Source: an uncultured Planctomycetota bacterium (GTDB taxonomy: Bacteria; Planctomycetota; Planctomycetia; Isosphaerales; Isosphaeraceae). Taken from it: a DNA stretch of 64,000 nt. Under the pieces are notes generated by a model. It did not search any database and was not told the origin of the DNA. It was given only the letters and a program-made list of their open reading frames with translations. How positions within the stretch are numbered: position 1 is the first letter of the stretch; every line of letters starts with the position of its first letter. Below, piece after piece: positions 17,157-32,682 of the stretch. Both the position numbers and the translations under genes were made by a program. The stretch covers positions 4,160,001 through 4,224,000 of the forward strand of contig CAVTTN010000002.1 in assembly GCA_963737655.1 (NCBI GenBank). The letters are read 5' to 3'.

Positions 17157-17960
17157 TCAGGCCTCGGGACGCGGCGTCGCGGGCGACCGCGGAGGGGCCG
17201 CCAGAGGGTGCGGCGTCCGAATCCCCGGCGCGAACTGTTCGAGCATCCCCTCGGAGACGATCGCGACCTCCAGGGAAAGCCGGGCGATCCGGTTGCGGAA
17301 CATCGCATAAAAGGCGATCGCGGGGACGGAGATGGCGATCCCTTCGAGAGTCGCGAACAGGGCCGTCGAGATCCCCTCGGCCAGTTGCCCGGCCTGGGGA
17401 GATGCCCCGGCCGTGGCCATCACCTGGAACGACCGGATCATCCCGTAGACCGTGCCGACGAGGCCGATCATCGGCCCGAGGGTCCCGACCGTGGCGAGAT
17501 AGGTGGCGCGATGCTCTCGCCTCATGGTCTCGTCCTCGTTGGCCATCTCCATGGACCTCTGAGCGGCCGGAAGGCCCGAGGGGAGCCGCCGGACGCCCGC
17601 CCCGAGCGTCTTCGCCACGAACGAGGTGTCGAGCGCGAGCCTCTGGTACGCCTCCGTATACTTCTTCTGGGCGAGCAGCTCATTGACTTCGGCCAGCAAC
17701 GGCTCGGGCAGGGCGATCTCGCGGCGGAACTCGAAGAACATCCAGGCCACCAGGGCGATCAGGTAGAAGGACATCCCGAGGATCACCACCCCGATCGGCC
17801 CCGAGGCGCGGACCATCCAGTACAGGAACGGCTCGGCCTCGCGCGGCCGAGGCGCCTGGGCCGCGGGTTCCTCGGCCCTTGCCGAGGCGGCCGTCGGGTC
17901 GATCGTGCCCAATCCCAGGACGAACAGGAGGGCGAAGACTCCGCCTCGAACTCTCGGCAT
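17157..17960 (-). CDS. exbB: MotA/TolQ/ExbB proton channel protein
   Basis: LATVGTLGPMIGLVGTVYGMIRSF; LAEGISTALFATLEGIAISVPA. Confidence 0.92.
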   Translation of the reverse strand: MPRVRGGVFALLFVLGLGTIDPTAASARAEEPAAQAPRPREAEPFLYWMVRASGPIGVVILGMSFYLIALVAWMFFEFRREIALPEPLLAEVNELLAQKKYTEAYQRLALDTSFVAKTLGAGVRRLPSGLPAAQRSMEMANEDETMRREHRATYLATVGTLGPMIGLVGTVYGMIRSFQVMATAGASPQAGQLAEGISTALFATLEGIAISVPAIAFYAMFRNRIARLSLEVAIVSEGMLEQFAPGIRTPHPLAAPPRSPATPRPEA

Positions 17961-18133
17961 GATCGCGGGGCCTCGCGCGGTCGGTCGGTCGGAAGGGGGA
18001 GGGACGGACGGTCCCGCCCCTCCCCTCAGTCTAGACGGCCCGCCTCACGCGGACAACGCCGAGGGGCCCGGCCGCGGTGGACCCAGGCCGAGGAACGGGT
18101 AAGATGGGCGGTGGCCCACGAAGGAGACCGACC

Positions 18134-18454
18134 ATGGAATTGCCCGATCGCCTGCACCACTCGCCCGACGGCGACATCCGCATCCGGGGGTCGCGGATCG
18201 GCCTCTTCGACATGGTGACCGACCATCGGTATGGCCTGTCTGCCAAGGAGATCGCGGCCCAGTACGACTCGATCACCCTCGACCAGGTCCGCGCCGTCCT
18301 GGCGTTCCACGCCGCGAACCGGGCGGAGGTGGATGCTTACGTCGATCGCGAGCAGGCCCTCATCGATCGCCGCCGGGCCGAGGCGCCGCCGGGGATCTCC
18401 CTCGAGGACTTGCGGAAGCGAGCGGCTGCCAGGAAGCTGGCGGCGCGGGGATGA
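18134..18454 (+). CDS. DUF433 family protein (putative antitoxin)
   Basis: IRGSRIGL..GLSAKEIAAQYDSITLDQVRAVLAF; AAGGAG ribosome-binding site upstream. Confidence 0.85.
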   Translation: MELPDRLHHSPDGDIRIRGSRIGLFDMVTDHRYGLSAKEIAAQYDSITLDQVRAVLAFHAANRAEVDAYVDREQALIDRRRAEAPPGISLEDLRKRAAARKLAARG

Positions 18455-18834
18455 TGCGGTGCCGGTTCCTCCTCGATGAGCACGTCCCCTGGGCCCTGCT
18501 ATCGGCGATCCAATCGCATGACGCTGGCTCCAGCCTCGATCCGATCGCATGCGTCCGAGTCGGAGGCGCCGGTGGCCCTCCGCTCGGCACCCCTGACCCC
18601 GATCTCCTCGTTTGGGCGGAGAGAGAAGATTACATCTTCGTCGCAAACGACAGGGATTCGCTGATCGGTTTCTTCGCAGAACGCCTCTCCGCCGGTCGAT
18701 CCAGCCTCGGCCTTTTCATCCTCCCGCGACGCTATCAGATCGCCGAGATCGTTGAGTTCTTCGCCCTGGCCGCGGAGTTTGGCTCGCCCGAGGATTGGCG
18801 GAATCTGGTAACTTACGTGCCTCGCACCCGGTAG
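18451..18834 (+). CDS. DUF5615 PIN-like protein (putative toxin)
   Basis: RFLLDEHVP..GTPDPDLLVWAEREDYIFVAND; overlaps the DUF433 stop. Confidence 0.82.
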   Translation: MMRCRFLLDEHVPWALLSAIQSHDAGSSLDPIACVRVGGAGGPPLGTPDPDLLVWAEREDYIFVANDRDSLIGFFAERLSAGRSSLGLFILPRRYQIAEIVEFFALAAEFGSPEDWRNLVTYVPRTR

Positions 18835-18914
18835 ACTCCTCATGCTGACAGCCGTATAGTAAGGGGTCGATTCCACCGACCTTCCCATCGACCGAGACCG
18901 AGGGCATTCCAGGG

Positions 18915-21900
18915 ATGGCCACGACCGACATCGCGATCCGAGGGGCCCGGGAGCATAACCTTCGCGATGTGTCGCTCGATCTCCCTCGGGGGGAGTTGAT
19001 TTGCTTCACGGGAGTCAGCGGCTCGGGGAAGAGCTCGCTGGCGTTCGACACCCTCTTCGCCGAGGGCCAGCGGCGGTACGTGGAGAGCCTCTCCAGCTAT
19101 GCCCGCCAATTCCTGGGGCAGATGCCCAAGCCCGAGGTGGACCGGATCGATGGGCTGTCTCCCTCGATCTCGATCCAGCAAAAGACCGGTGGGCGGAACC
19201 CGCGATCGACGGTCGGGACGATCACCGAGATCAACGACTATTTGCGCGTCCTGTTCGCCCGGGTCGGCAAGGGGTATTGCCCTCGGTGCGAACGGCCTTT
19301 GGCGGCCCTGACTCGCGACCAGATCGTCGCCCGGGCGATCGAGTGGCCCGAAGGGACCTCCCTGATGGTCCTCGCCCCGGTGATCCGCGGCCAGAAGGGG
19401 GAATACAAGGACCTCTTCGCCGAGCTCAGCCGTGCCGGGTTCGTCCGCGCCCGGGTCGATGGCCAGGTGGTCACGATCTCCGAGGACATCCCGCTCCAGA
19501 GGCAGATCAAGCACGATATCGAGGTCGTGATCGATCGGATCAAGCTCGGCCCGTCGTCGCGATCGAGGGTGGCGGAGGCGGTCGAGTCGGCCCTGAAGAG
19601 GGGCGACGGGACGGTGATCCTCGCCGCCGAGGGCCAGCCCGACGTCCTCCTGTCGTCGAAGAACGCCTGCGCCCATTGCGGGATCGGCTTCGACGACCCG
19701 AGTCCCCAGCTCTTCAGCTTCAACAGCCCGGTCGGGATGTGCCCCGAGTGCGATGGCCTGGGCGTCCGTCATGACTTCGTGCCCGAGCTGCTGGTGCCCG
19801 ACCCCTCGCTGTCGGTGGCCAAGGGGGCGATCGAGATCGTCGGGCCGATCACCAAGTTGAGCAAGGCGAAGAAGCGGCTGATGGAGTCCGTCGCCGCCAA
19901 CCTGGAGACGAGCGAGACCGGCTGGAAGAAGGGGACGCTCCTCAAGACGCCCTGGCAGGACCTGGATGACCGCGCCCGAGACGTCTGGCTGAAGGGGACC
20001 GGCAGCCGGATCATCCATCACCGGAGCGGCTATCCTCGCTCCGAAGTCTGGCCCGGGATCGCCGCCGATTTCCTGTCCGCGTACAAGAAATCGACCGCCG
20101 GGCCGATGCACGCATACCTCGAAAAGTACATGAAGAGCGTGCCCTGCCCCGATTGCCTCGGGGCCCGGCTGAACCCCCGGGCCCGGGCCGTCCGCGTGGG
20201 CGGCAAGACGCTCCCGGCCCTGGGCTCGATGGCGATCGGCTCGGCCTCCCGGTTCTTCGACGCCCTCGCCGGCCAGCCGCCGAAGGGCCTGACCGCCGAC
20301 GAAACCCCCGAGCCGCTCGACGCCCTCTCGCTCCACATCGCCGAGGAGCTGTTCAAGGAGATCCGGGGCCGGCTCGGCTTCCTCACCAACGTCGGGCTCG
20401 ACTACCTGACGCTCGACCGCTCCGCGCCCACCCTTTCGGGCGGAGAGGCCCAGCGAATCCGCCTGGCCAGCCAGGTGGGAGCGGGCCTGGTCGGCGTCCT
20501 CTACATCCTCGATGAGCCCCTCGATCGGCCTCCACCCCCGAGACAACGACAAGCTGATCCACACCCTCGAAAAGCTCCGCGACGCCGGCAATACGGTGAT
20601 CGTCGTCGAGCACGACGAGGACACGATGAGGGCCGCCGACCACCTCGTCGATTTCGGCCCCGGGCCCGGCGTCAAGGGCGGCGAGGTCGTCGCCTCGGGC
20701 GACCTGGCGACGATCTCCAAGAACCCCGACAGCCTGACCGGCCAGTACCTCGCCGGCAAGAAGGCCATCGAGGTGCCGAAAACACGGAGGCCCCGGGGCG
20801 AGAAGGCCCTCAAGATCGTCGGCGCGACCCATCACAACCTGAAGGGGATCGACGTCGAGATCCCCCTGGGCCTCTTCGTCTGCGTGACCGGCGTGAGCGG
20901 CTCCGGCAAGAGTTCGCTGATCGGCGACATCCTCCGCGAGGCCCTCGCCCGGGACCTCAACGGGGCCACCACCGAACCCGGCGCCCACGACCGGATCGAG
21001 GGGACCGACGCGCTCGACAAGATCATTGACATCGACCAGTCCCCCATCGGCCGGACCCCTCGCTCCAACCCCGCCACCTACATCAAGCTGCTGGATCAGG
21101 TCCGCGACCTCTTCACCAAGCTGCCCGAGTCCAAGGCCCGAGGCTACAAGGCCGGCCGATTCAGCTTCAACGTCTCCGGCGGCCGGTGCGAGGCGTGCGA
21201 GGGGAACGGTTCGAACAAGCTCGAGATGGACTTCCTGGCCGATGTCTGGGTCGAATGCCCGGTCTGCGAGGGGAAGAGGTTCAACCGCGAGACCCTGCAC
21301 GTCCGCTTCAAGGGCAAGAGCATCGCCGACGTCCTGGAGATGGACGTTCAGGAAGCGCTGGAACACTTCGCCAACGTCCCCAAGATCGCCGGGATGCTCC
21401 AGACCCTGCACGACGTCGGCCTCGATTACCTGAAGCTCGGGCAGGCGTCCCCCACGCTCTCGGGAGGCGAGGCCCAGCGGATCAAGCTCGCCCGGGAGCT
21501 CGTCAAGAAGGGGACCGGGCGGACGCTCTACCTCCTCGACGAGCCGACGACCGGCCTCCACTTCGACGACGTGAACAAGCTCCTGAAAGTCCTCCACGGG
21601 TTCACCACCAGCGGCAACACGGTCGTGGTGATCGAGCACAACCTCGACGTGATCAAGACGGCGGACTGGCTGATCGACCTCGGTCCCGAGGGCGGCGAAG
21701 GAGGCGGCCGGGTCGTGGCCGAGGGAACACCCGAAGCGGTCGCCAAGGTCGCCGACAGCCACACCGGCCGGGCCCTGGTCCGCGTGCTGGCTCCCCGGAA
21801 GGCCCCGAAGAAAATGGCCCCCGGCAAGACCAAGAACGCGAAAAAGCCCGTGAGGAACGCGGAGGCGGCCCTCCCCGCGATCTCGATCCGGGGCGCCCGC

Positions 21901-24900
21901 CAGCACAACCTCAAGGGCGTGGACCTGGACATCCCCCGCCACAAGATGAGCGTGTGCAGCGGCCCCAGCGGCTCGGGGAAAAGCTCCCTGGCCATCGACA
22001 CGCTCTATGCCGAGGGACAGCGGCGGTACGTCGACAGCCTCTCGAGCTACGCCCGCCAGTTCCTCGCCCCGTTGCAGAAGCCGAAGGTCGAGAGCATCAC
22101 CGGGCTGGCCCCGGCCGTCTCGATCGAGCAGAAGACCACGAGCAAGTCGCCCCGATCGACCGTGGGCACGGTCACCGAGGTCCACGACTACCTCCGCATC
22201 CTCTTCGCCCGGCTCGGCCAGGCCCATTGCCCGAAATGCGGGACGCCGATCGGCACCCAGTCCGCCGACGAGATCGTCGAGAAGATCCTCCACCTCCCCG
22301 AAGGCTCGAAGGTCCTCGTGATGGCGCCCATCGAGAGGCGCGAGAACGAGGAATTCGAACACCTGTGGGAAGACCTCCGCCAGTCCGGGTTCTCGCGAGT
22401 CCGCGTCGATGGCAAGACGGTCAGCCTGGACGAATCGCCCAAACTCTCCCACCGGCGAAAGCACGAGGTCGAGGTCGTGATCGACCGAGCGGTCGTCCGA
22501 CGATCGACGCGGTCGAGGCTCGCCGACTCGATCGAATCGGCGCTCGACCTGGGCAAGGGCGTGGTCCGGATCGCCCACGTGGACGAAGACAAACCCGAGC
22601 CGAAATGGACCGTCGAGCGGTTCAGCCAGCACCGGACCTGCGAGACCTGCGGCCGGAGCTTCGAGGAACTCAGCCCCCATCATTTCTCGTTCAACAGCTC
22701 GCTCGGCTGGTGCCCCGGCTGCGAAGGGCTCGGGGTCCAGCAAGGGGCCGACCCGGCCGCCCTGATCCCCAACGGCCTCCTGACCCTGAACGAAGGGGCC
22801 GTGATCGCCTGGCCCGCGTTCTCGGCCAACCCCACGTTCGCCGCGATGATCACCGCGATGGCCGGATCGGTCGGGTTTTCGCTCGATGAGCCGTTCGACG
22901 AGCTCGACCCCCGCCATCGCCGGGCCATCCTCCAGGGGACGGGCGGGACGTGGTTCCGCGTCCCCGAGACCGACGGCCGACCCGGCTTCGCGTTCCAGTA
23001 CAAGGGGCTCTTTCCGGCCCTGGAAGAGGCCGGGCGCGTCTCCTATCTCTACCGGGCCAAGCTTGGCGGGATGGTCGGCGAGGTCGAATGCAACGCCTGC
23101 CTCGGCGCGAGATTGAAGGACGACTCGGCGGCCGTCCGATTCCGAGGCGTCACGCTCGATCAGGTCAGCCGATGGCCCCTGAGCAAGACGCTCGCGTTCT
23201 TTCGGACCCTGGAATTCACGGCCGACGAGGCCCACATCGCCGGCGACCTCGTCCGGGAGGTTCGCGACCGCCTGAGCTTCCTCGTGGACGTCGGCCTCGA
23301 TTACCTCTCGCTCGGCCGAGGCACACCCACCCTCTCCGGAGGCGAGGCCCAGCGGATTCGCCTGGCCAGCCAGCTCGGATCGGGCCTCACGGGCGTCCTC
23401 TACGTCCTCGATGAGCCCACGATCGGCCTCCACCCCCGCGATAACGCGCGACTCCTCGGCGCCCTGAAGAGGCTCCGCGACCTGGGCAACACCCTCGTCC
23501 TGGTCGAGCACGACCGCGAGGTCATCGAGGCGGCCGATTGCCTCTTCGACTTCGGCCCCGGCTCGGGCGACGGCGGCGGCCAGATCACCGCGAGCGGCCC
23601 GCCGAATTCCGTCCGGGCGAACGACGACTCGCTGACCGGCCGCTACCTTTCGGGCAAGGCCGCCATCCCCGTCCCCACCAACCGCCGGACGCCCGATCCG
23701 ACGAATCAGATCGTGATCCGAGGCGCCCGCCACCACAATTTGAGGAACATCGACGCCGGGTTCCCCGTCGGCCTCGTGACGGTCGTCACCGGGGTCAGCG
23801 GGTCGGGCAAGAGCTCGCTCGTCGAGGACATCCTCATGAAGGCGGCGGCGAAGAAACTCCACCGCGCCCAGGTCGCCCCGGGCCTCCACGACAAGATCGA
23901 CGGCCTGAACCTCGTCGACAAGGTCATCGGCGTGGACCAGACCCCGATCGGGGGCACGCCCGCCTCCAACCCGGCGACCTATTCCGGCGTCTTCGACCTG
24001 ATCCGAGACCTCTTCGCCCGGATGCCCGAGGCCCGCGCCCGAGGCTACGCCCCGGGCCGGTTCAGCTTCAACCTGGCCGGAGGTCGCTGCGAGGCATGCG
24101 AGGGGGCCGGTCAGAAACGCATCGAAATGCACTTCTTGCCCGACGTCTGGGTCACCTGCGAGGCCTGCAACGGCTCGCGGTACACCCGGGAGACCCTGGC
24201 CGTCCAGTTCCGCGGCAAGACGATCGCCGACGTCCTGGACATGACCGTGGACTCGGCCCTGGAACTCTTCGACGGCGTCCCGCGAATCCGCCGGATCTTG
24301 CAGACGCTCCAGGACGTCGGTCTCGGTTACGTCCGCCTCGGCCAGTCCGGCCCCACCCTCTCGGGAGGCGAGGCCCAGCGCGTTAAGCTCGCGGCCGAAC
24401 TCGCCCGGCCCGACACCGGACGGACGCTCTACATCCTCGACGAGCCCACGACCGGCCTCCACCTCGACGACGTCAAGAAGCTCCTGGCCGTGGTCCACCG
24501 GCTGGCCGACCTGGGCAATACCGTCGTCATCATCGAGCACAATCTCGAGGTCATCAAGACGGCCGACTGGCTCCTGGACATCGGCCCCGAAGCCGGGGCC
24601 GAGGGCGGCCGGATCGTCGCCCAGGGCCCTCCGGAAGCGGTCGCGACCGTGCCCGGCAGCCTCACCGGGGCGATCCTCAAGGGAATCCTGGAGGCCGGCC
24701 CCCACGAGGAACGAGCACGGTTCGACCCCAAGGCCGCCGCGGCCAGGGCGATCGAGGACGCCAAACGCGCGAGGCCGATCGTCGAGGGCTCCCCGCTCGA
24801 TCCGTGGATCCTCGACGGCCTCGGCTGGCACGCCCGAGACCGCGTGACCCGGACCGGCAAGCCGATCCGCTGGGACGGCCGGATCATCGAGAATCTGGCC

Positions 24901-25404
24901 CAATGGCTCGCCGAGGACGAAGGATTCGCCCCGCCCGACTGGTCCAATCGCACCGTCGTCCGCGTCTGCGGCGACCAACCCGAGGACCCGACCTTCCTGG
25001 AGATGCTCACCGGCTCGGAATGGGTCCTGACCCTGCGGTTCTACGTCCCCGCCGGCACCTTCCGCCCCAAACCCCTGGAAAAATTCCTCGACCTGCCGAG
25101 GTTCGCCAACCTCTCTCCGCCGGTGCCCTCGGACGTCCCCCGGGTCAAGTTCTCCGTGGAGAAGGGCTGGCAGCTCGTCGAGATCGCCTGCTTCTCACTC
25201 GAAGAGATCGCCACGCCCCGATTCGGCGAATTCCTCTCCGAGGCGGCGGAATCCTACTTCGACGGCATCGACCCCCTCTTCGACGACGCGTTCCCCGACG
25301 ATGAGGACAACTTCCCCCTCCAGGTCCTGAACCTGGAAGAGATGCTCCAACTGCTACCAGCTCCCCCACCCCGGCCGAAGAAGCCGACGAAAAAACGGAA
25401 ATAG
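18915..25404 (+). CDS. uvrA: Double-length UvrA (two fused UvrA units, ~2162 aa) with a +1 indel at 20517-20520
   Basis: Four Walker A [10 protein letters not shown] and four LSGGEAQR motifs, zinc fingers. ORFs 18915..21029 and 20512..25404 join at [12 protein letters not shown] if one C is removed from GAGCCCC. Confidence 0.93.
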
Positions 25405-25560
25405 CTCGACCCGAGGTTCCGCCGCCCAGAGCGGCCCTTCACCCGACGCTTCTCCCTGGAAAATCCGGGTCCCCCGCGTTATCGTCGGTCTGGACATCCG
25501 AACCAAGCGGCTGGAAAGCCCCCCGCCGGGCGCTTTGGCCCACCCTTCTAGGAAGGTTTC

Positions 25561-26592
25561 ATGAAAGTCGGCCTGTTGACCGGGGGCGGAGACTGCCCCG
25601 GCCTGAATGCCGTGATCCGCGCCGTGGTCCAGAAGGTCCACAACGCCGGAGGGACGTGTGTCGGCTTCCTCGAAGGCTGGCGAGGCCTCGTTCGCAACAT
25701 GAGCCAGCCGCTGGACATCGACCTGACCGACGGCATCATCGCCCGGGGCGGGACCATCCTCGGCTCCTCGCGCACCAATCCGTTCAAGAACCCCGAGACC
25801 GACCTGCCCAAGCTGAAGGAGACGTTCGAGGCCCTCAACCTCGACGCCCTCGTCGCCATCGGCGGTGACGACACCCTGGGAGTCGCCAACCGCCTCCACG
25901 GCGAGCACGGAATGCCCCTGGTCGGCGTCCCCAAGACCATCGACAACGACCTGATGGTCACCGACTTCACCTTCGGCTTCGACACCGCCATCAACATCGT
26001 CACCGAGGCCGTCGATCGCCTCCGAACCACCACAGAAAGCCACCGCCGCGTCCAGGTCGTCGAGACCATGGGCCGCCACGCCGGCTGGATCGCCTGCTTC
26101 TCCGGCATCGCCGTGGCCGCCGACTACATCATGGTCCCCGAAATTCCCATCAATATCGACCACTGCGTTGAGGTCCTCAAGCGACACCGATCCGAGGGCA
26201 AGAATTACGGGATCGTCGTCGTCTCCGAAGGCGCCAAGCTCCCCGACCGTGGCGAGATCGCCGCCGCCGGCAAGGTCGATGACTTCGGCCACGTCCAGCT
26301 CGGCGGGGTCGGCAATGAGGTCGCCCGGCAGATCGAGAAAGCGACCGGCTACGAGACCCGCTGCGTCGTCCTCGGCCATCTCCAGAGGGGCGGCTCCCCC
26401 AGCGCCGCCGACCGCGTCCTCGCCACCCGGCTCGGCCTGGCCGCCGGTGACCTCGTCCTCCGCAAGGAATTCGGGACGATGGTCGCCCTGTCGGGTACCC
26501 GGATCATCTCGACGACCCTGAGTGCGGGCGTCGCCGCAAACCGCACGCTGGACCTGTCTTACTATCACGAAGCCTCGACGTTCTTCAAGTGA
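25561..26592 (+). CDS. pfkA: 6-phosphofructokinase, group III-like, PPi-type signature
   Basis: [52 protein letters not shown]. Confidence 0.93.
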   Translation: MKVGLLTGGGDCPGLNAVIRAVVQKVHNAGGTCVGFLEGWRGLVRNMSQPLDIDLTDGIIARGGTILGSSRTNPFKNPETDLPKLKETFEALNLDALVAIGGDDTLGVANRLHGEHGMPLVGVPKTIDNDLMVTDFTFGFDTAINIVTEAVDRLRTTTESHRRVQVVETMGRHAGWIACFSGIAVAADYIMVPEIPINIDHCVEVLKRHRSEGKNYGIVVVSEGAKLPDRGEIAAAGKVDDFGHVQLGGVGNEVARQIEKATGYETRCVVLGHLQRGGSPSAADRVLATRLGLAAGDLVLRKEFGTMVALSGTRIISTTLSAGVAANRTLDLSYYHEASTFFK

Positions 26593-26652
26593 ACCAGAGG
26601 CCACGATCCGGCTCTCCATCCCCCAAATTCGGCATCTTCGGACACCAGCCGC

Positions 26653-26680
26653 TTGACCTGGTCGATTCTCGGGGTATCAT
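26653..26680 (+). promoter_or_regulatory. Sigma70-type rRNA operon promoter
   Basis: TTGACC-16 nt-TATCAT followed by a GC-rich discriminator, ~420 nt upstream of the 16S. Confidence 0.75.
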
Positions 26681-26837
26681 GGCTCTCGCCGACGACGAAA
26701 CGAACGCTTCGACGACGGCAAGCACGACGCGACGATCACCCGGGTTTCGAACCGGATCGGTTCTGGCGACGTACTTCACAGGCCGGGGTGACGAGCCTCT
26801 CACAAGGGCGAGTCAACCCGGCCACTGGCGTCCGGTC

Positions 26838-26849
26838 TCTTTGACAATT
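26838..26849 (+). promoter_or_regulatory. boxA antitermination site (rRNA leader)
   Basis: TCTTTGACAATT; a second copy TTTTTGACAATT lies in the ITS at ~28883. Confidence 0.7.
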
Positions 26850-27101
26850 CGGCCGATCGCGAGATCGAATGACAAGCTCGAAGAGCTTGTGGACCCGTGA
26901 GGGAAGCCGGCGTGGGCCGCGCATCCGCCGGGGGCGTTTGGAATCACCTCTTCGGGGGCGATCCGGGCGTACCGGGGGGCGGTCAGCACGCCCCGGCCTC
27001 TCGAGAGAGAGTCCGGAGCGACCATCAGCACATCCTCGACCCATCGAGGAGCGACGGGGCGACTCCTCCTTCGCGAGAGGGAGGGGGCTACCCCGGAGCA
27101 C

Positions 27102-28623
<1,522 letters not shown>

Positions 28624-29140
28624 TAAGGACGATCGACCTCGGCCCGGGATCCTCGGATCTCGGTGACCGCATCGGCCCGCCCCTCCTCCTGCGGTGAGGG
28701 CGAGGCCTACGCCGGCTCCCCCCGCGGGTCCACGCGGAATGGACGGTGAGATCTTGCGATCGGCCGCATTGCGACCCCGTCTGCCCCTCCGGGCGCGGGC
28801 CGCGGCATCCCTCCCCGAGCGGGGGCGTGCCCCGGCCCCTGGCCGGCGGCCAGGCGTGCCGAGGATCCGTCCTCGGCCCGGCTTTTTGACAATTTGGCGT
28901 CGGTGACGAGACGAGACGAAGATTCGTCCGCCCCGGGATCGATCGGCCTCGGCCGAGGAATTCTGGGGCGGGACAGGGTCTGGACAGGATAGGTTTCATC
29001 TCCTTGGATGCGACCCGCCCGGCCGCGAGGCCGCGCGGGGATCGTTACTCAGCGCCCCGTGGAGCGTCGCGAGACGCGCGGCGGGGCGGGGACATGCGAC
29101 CATTCGTCGGCAGGCGCCGGAGACGGCGTCGGGTCGGCGT

Positions 29141-31943
<2,803 letters not shown>

Positions 31944-32150
31944 CCCGACCCGCCGCCGCACGCCCCCCCAAAGGGCATGCGACGCGCCGGGCCGATCCGG
32001 TGGCCCAGGTCCCCGAGCAAAGATGGTAACGATCGCCGCATCCGGCGAGATGACGCCGTCCTGCCACGACCCATGCCGAATCGAATCGACGCCTCGTCAC
32101 CGACGCGAGATTGCCGCGACCCGCGGGGCCCGACCGCCCCCGGGCCGCGT

Positions 32151-32260
32151 TCCCGGCGACCAGACCGGCGGGGCCACACCCGTTCCCATCCCGAACACGG
32201 CCGTTAAGCCCGCCGGGCCCATGATAGTGCCCAAGGCGCGAAAGTCGGTGATCGCCGGGA
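32151..32260 (+). rRNA. rrf: 5S rRNA (~110 nt)
   Basis: TCCCGGCGA...CCCATCCCGAACAC...TCGCCGGGA with a terminal helix. Confidence 0.93.
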
Positions 32261-32272
32261 TCTTCCTAACAC

Positions 32273-32313
32273 CCGCCCGGGAGGAGAATTTCTCCTCCCG
32301 GGCGGTTTTTTTT
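32273..32313 (+). terminator. Rho-independent terminator of the rRNA operon
   Basis: CCGCCCGGGAGGAGAA-T-TTCTCCTCCCGGGCGG followed by a T9 tract. Confidence 0.9.
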
Positions 32314-32682
32314 GCGCCTTGACGGAAACCGTTTGAGGGCAGAGGGCTTGGGAGGTCGAATCGAACCAGGAGGCGGCGAGCTTGCCCGTCGACCTTTCCC
32401 CCAGCTCCGCCGCGGTCGTTGAGCTCCGGCTCCGCTCGAGTTTTGTCCTGGCCGTGAAGTTTGGCCGCCAGACCATGCGGTTCATTAGGGGCCCGGATCA
32501 CAATGGCCTCCAATCATGCTTCTTGGCTGTCTTCTTCGAGCAATCGCATGGATGTTTTTCGATTCTAGATTTAGATTTCCGGACCCATTCCGAGGGATGA
32601 TCGCCTGATGCCTTCATTTCCCCGGAGCGACGTCCTAAGATGGATGCGGAATTCGGGTCGAAAAGCCCAAGGTCGAGCGGAC

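Noticed and set aside
20512..20525. Programmed frameshifting or true pseudogenisation of uvrA, hemC and the kinases
   Set aside because: Single-base indels in otherwise intact, normally important genes, with no slippery heptamers and no further decay; sequencing error is more parsimonious.
6215..24978. Very long antisense or alternate-frame ORFs (e.g. 6215..10285, 12203..14368, 20383..24978)
   Set aside because: Shadow ORFs produced by high GC3 codon bias opposite well-supported genes.
28624..29140. tRNA-Ile/Ala in the ITS
   Set aside because: No cloverleaf or T-loop GTTCRA consensus visible.
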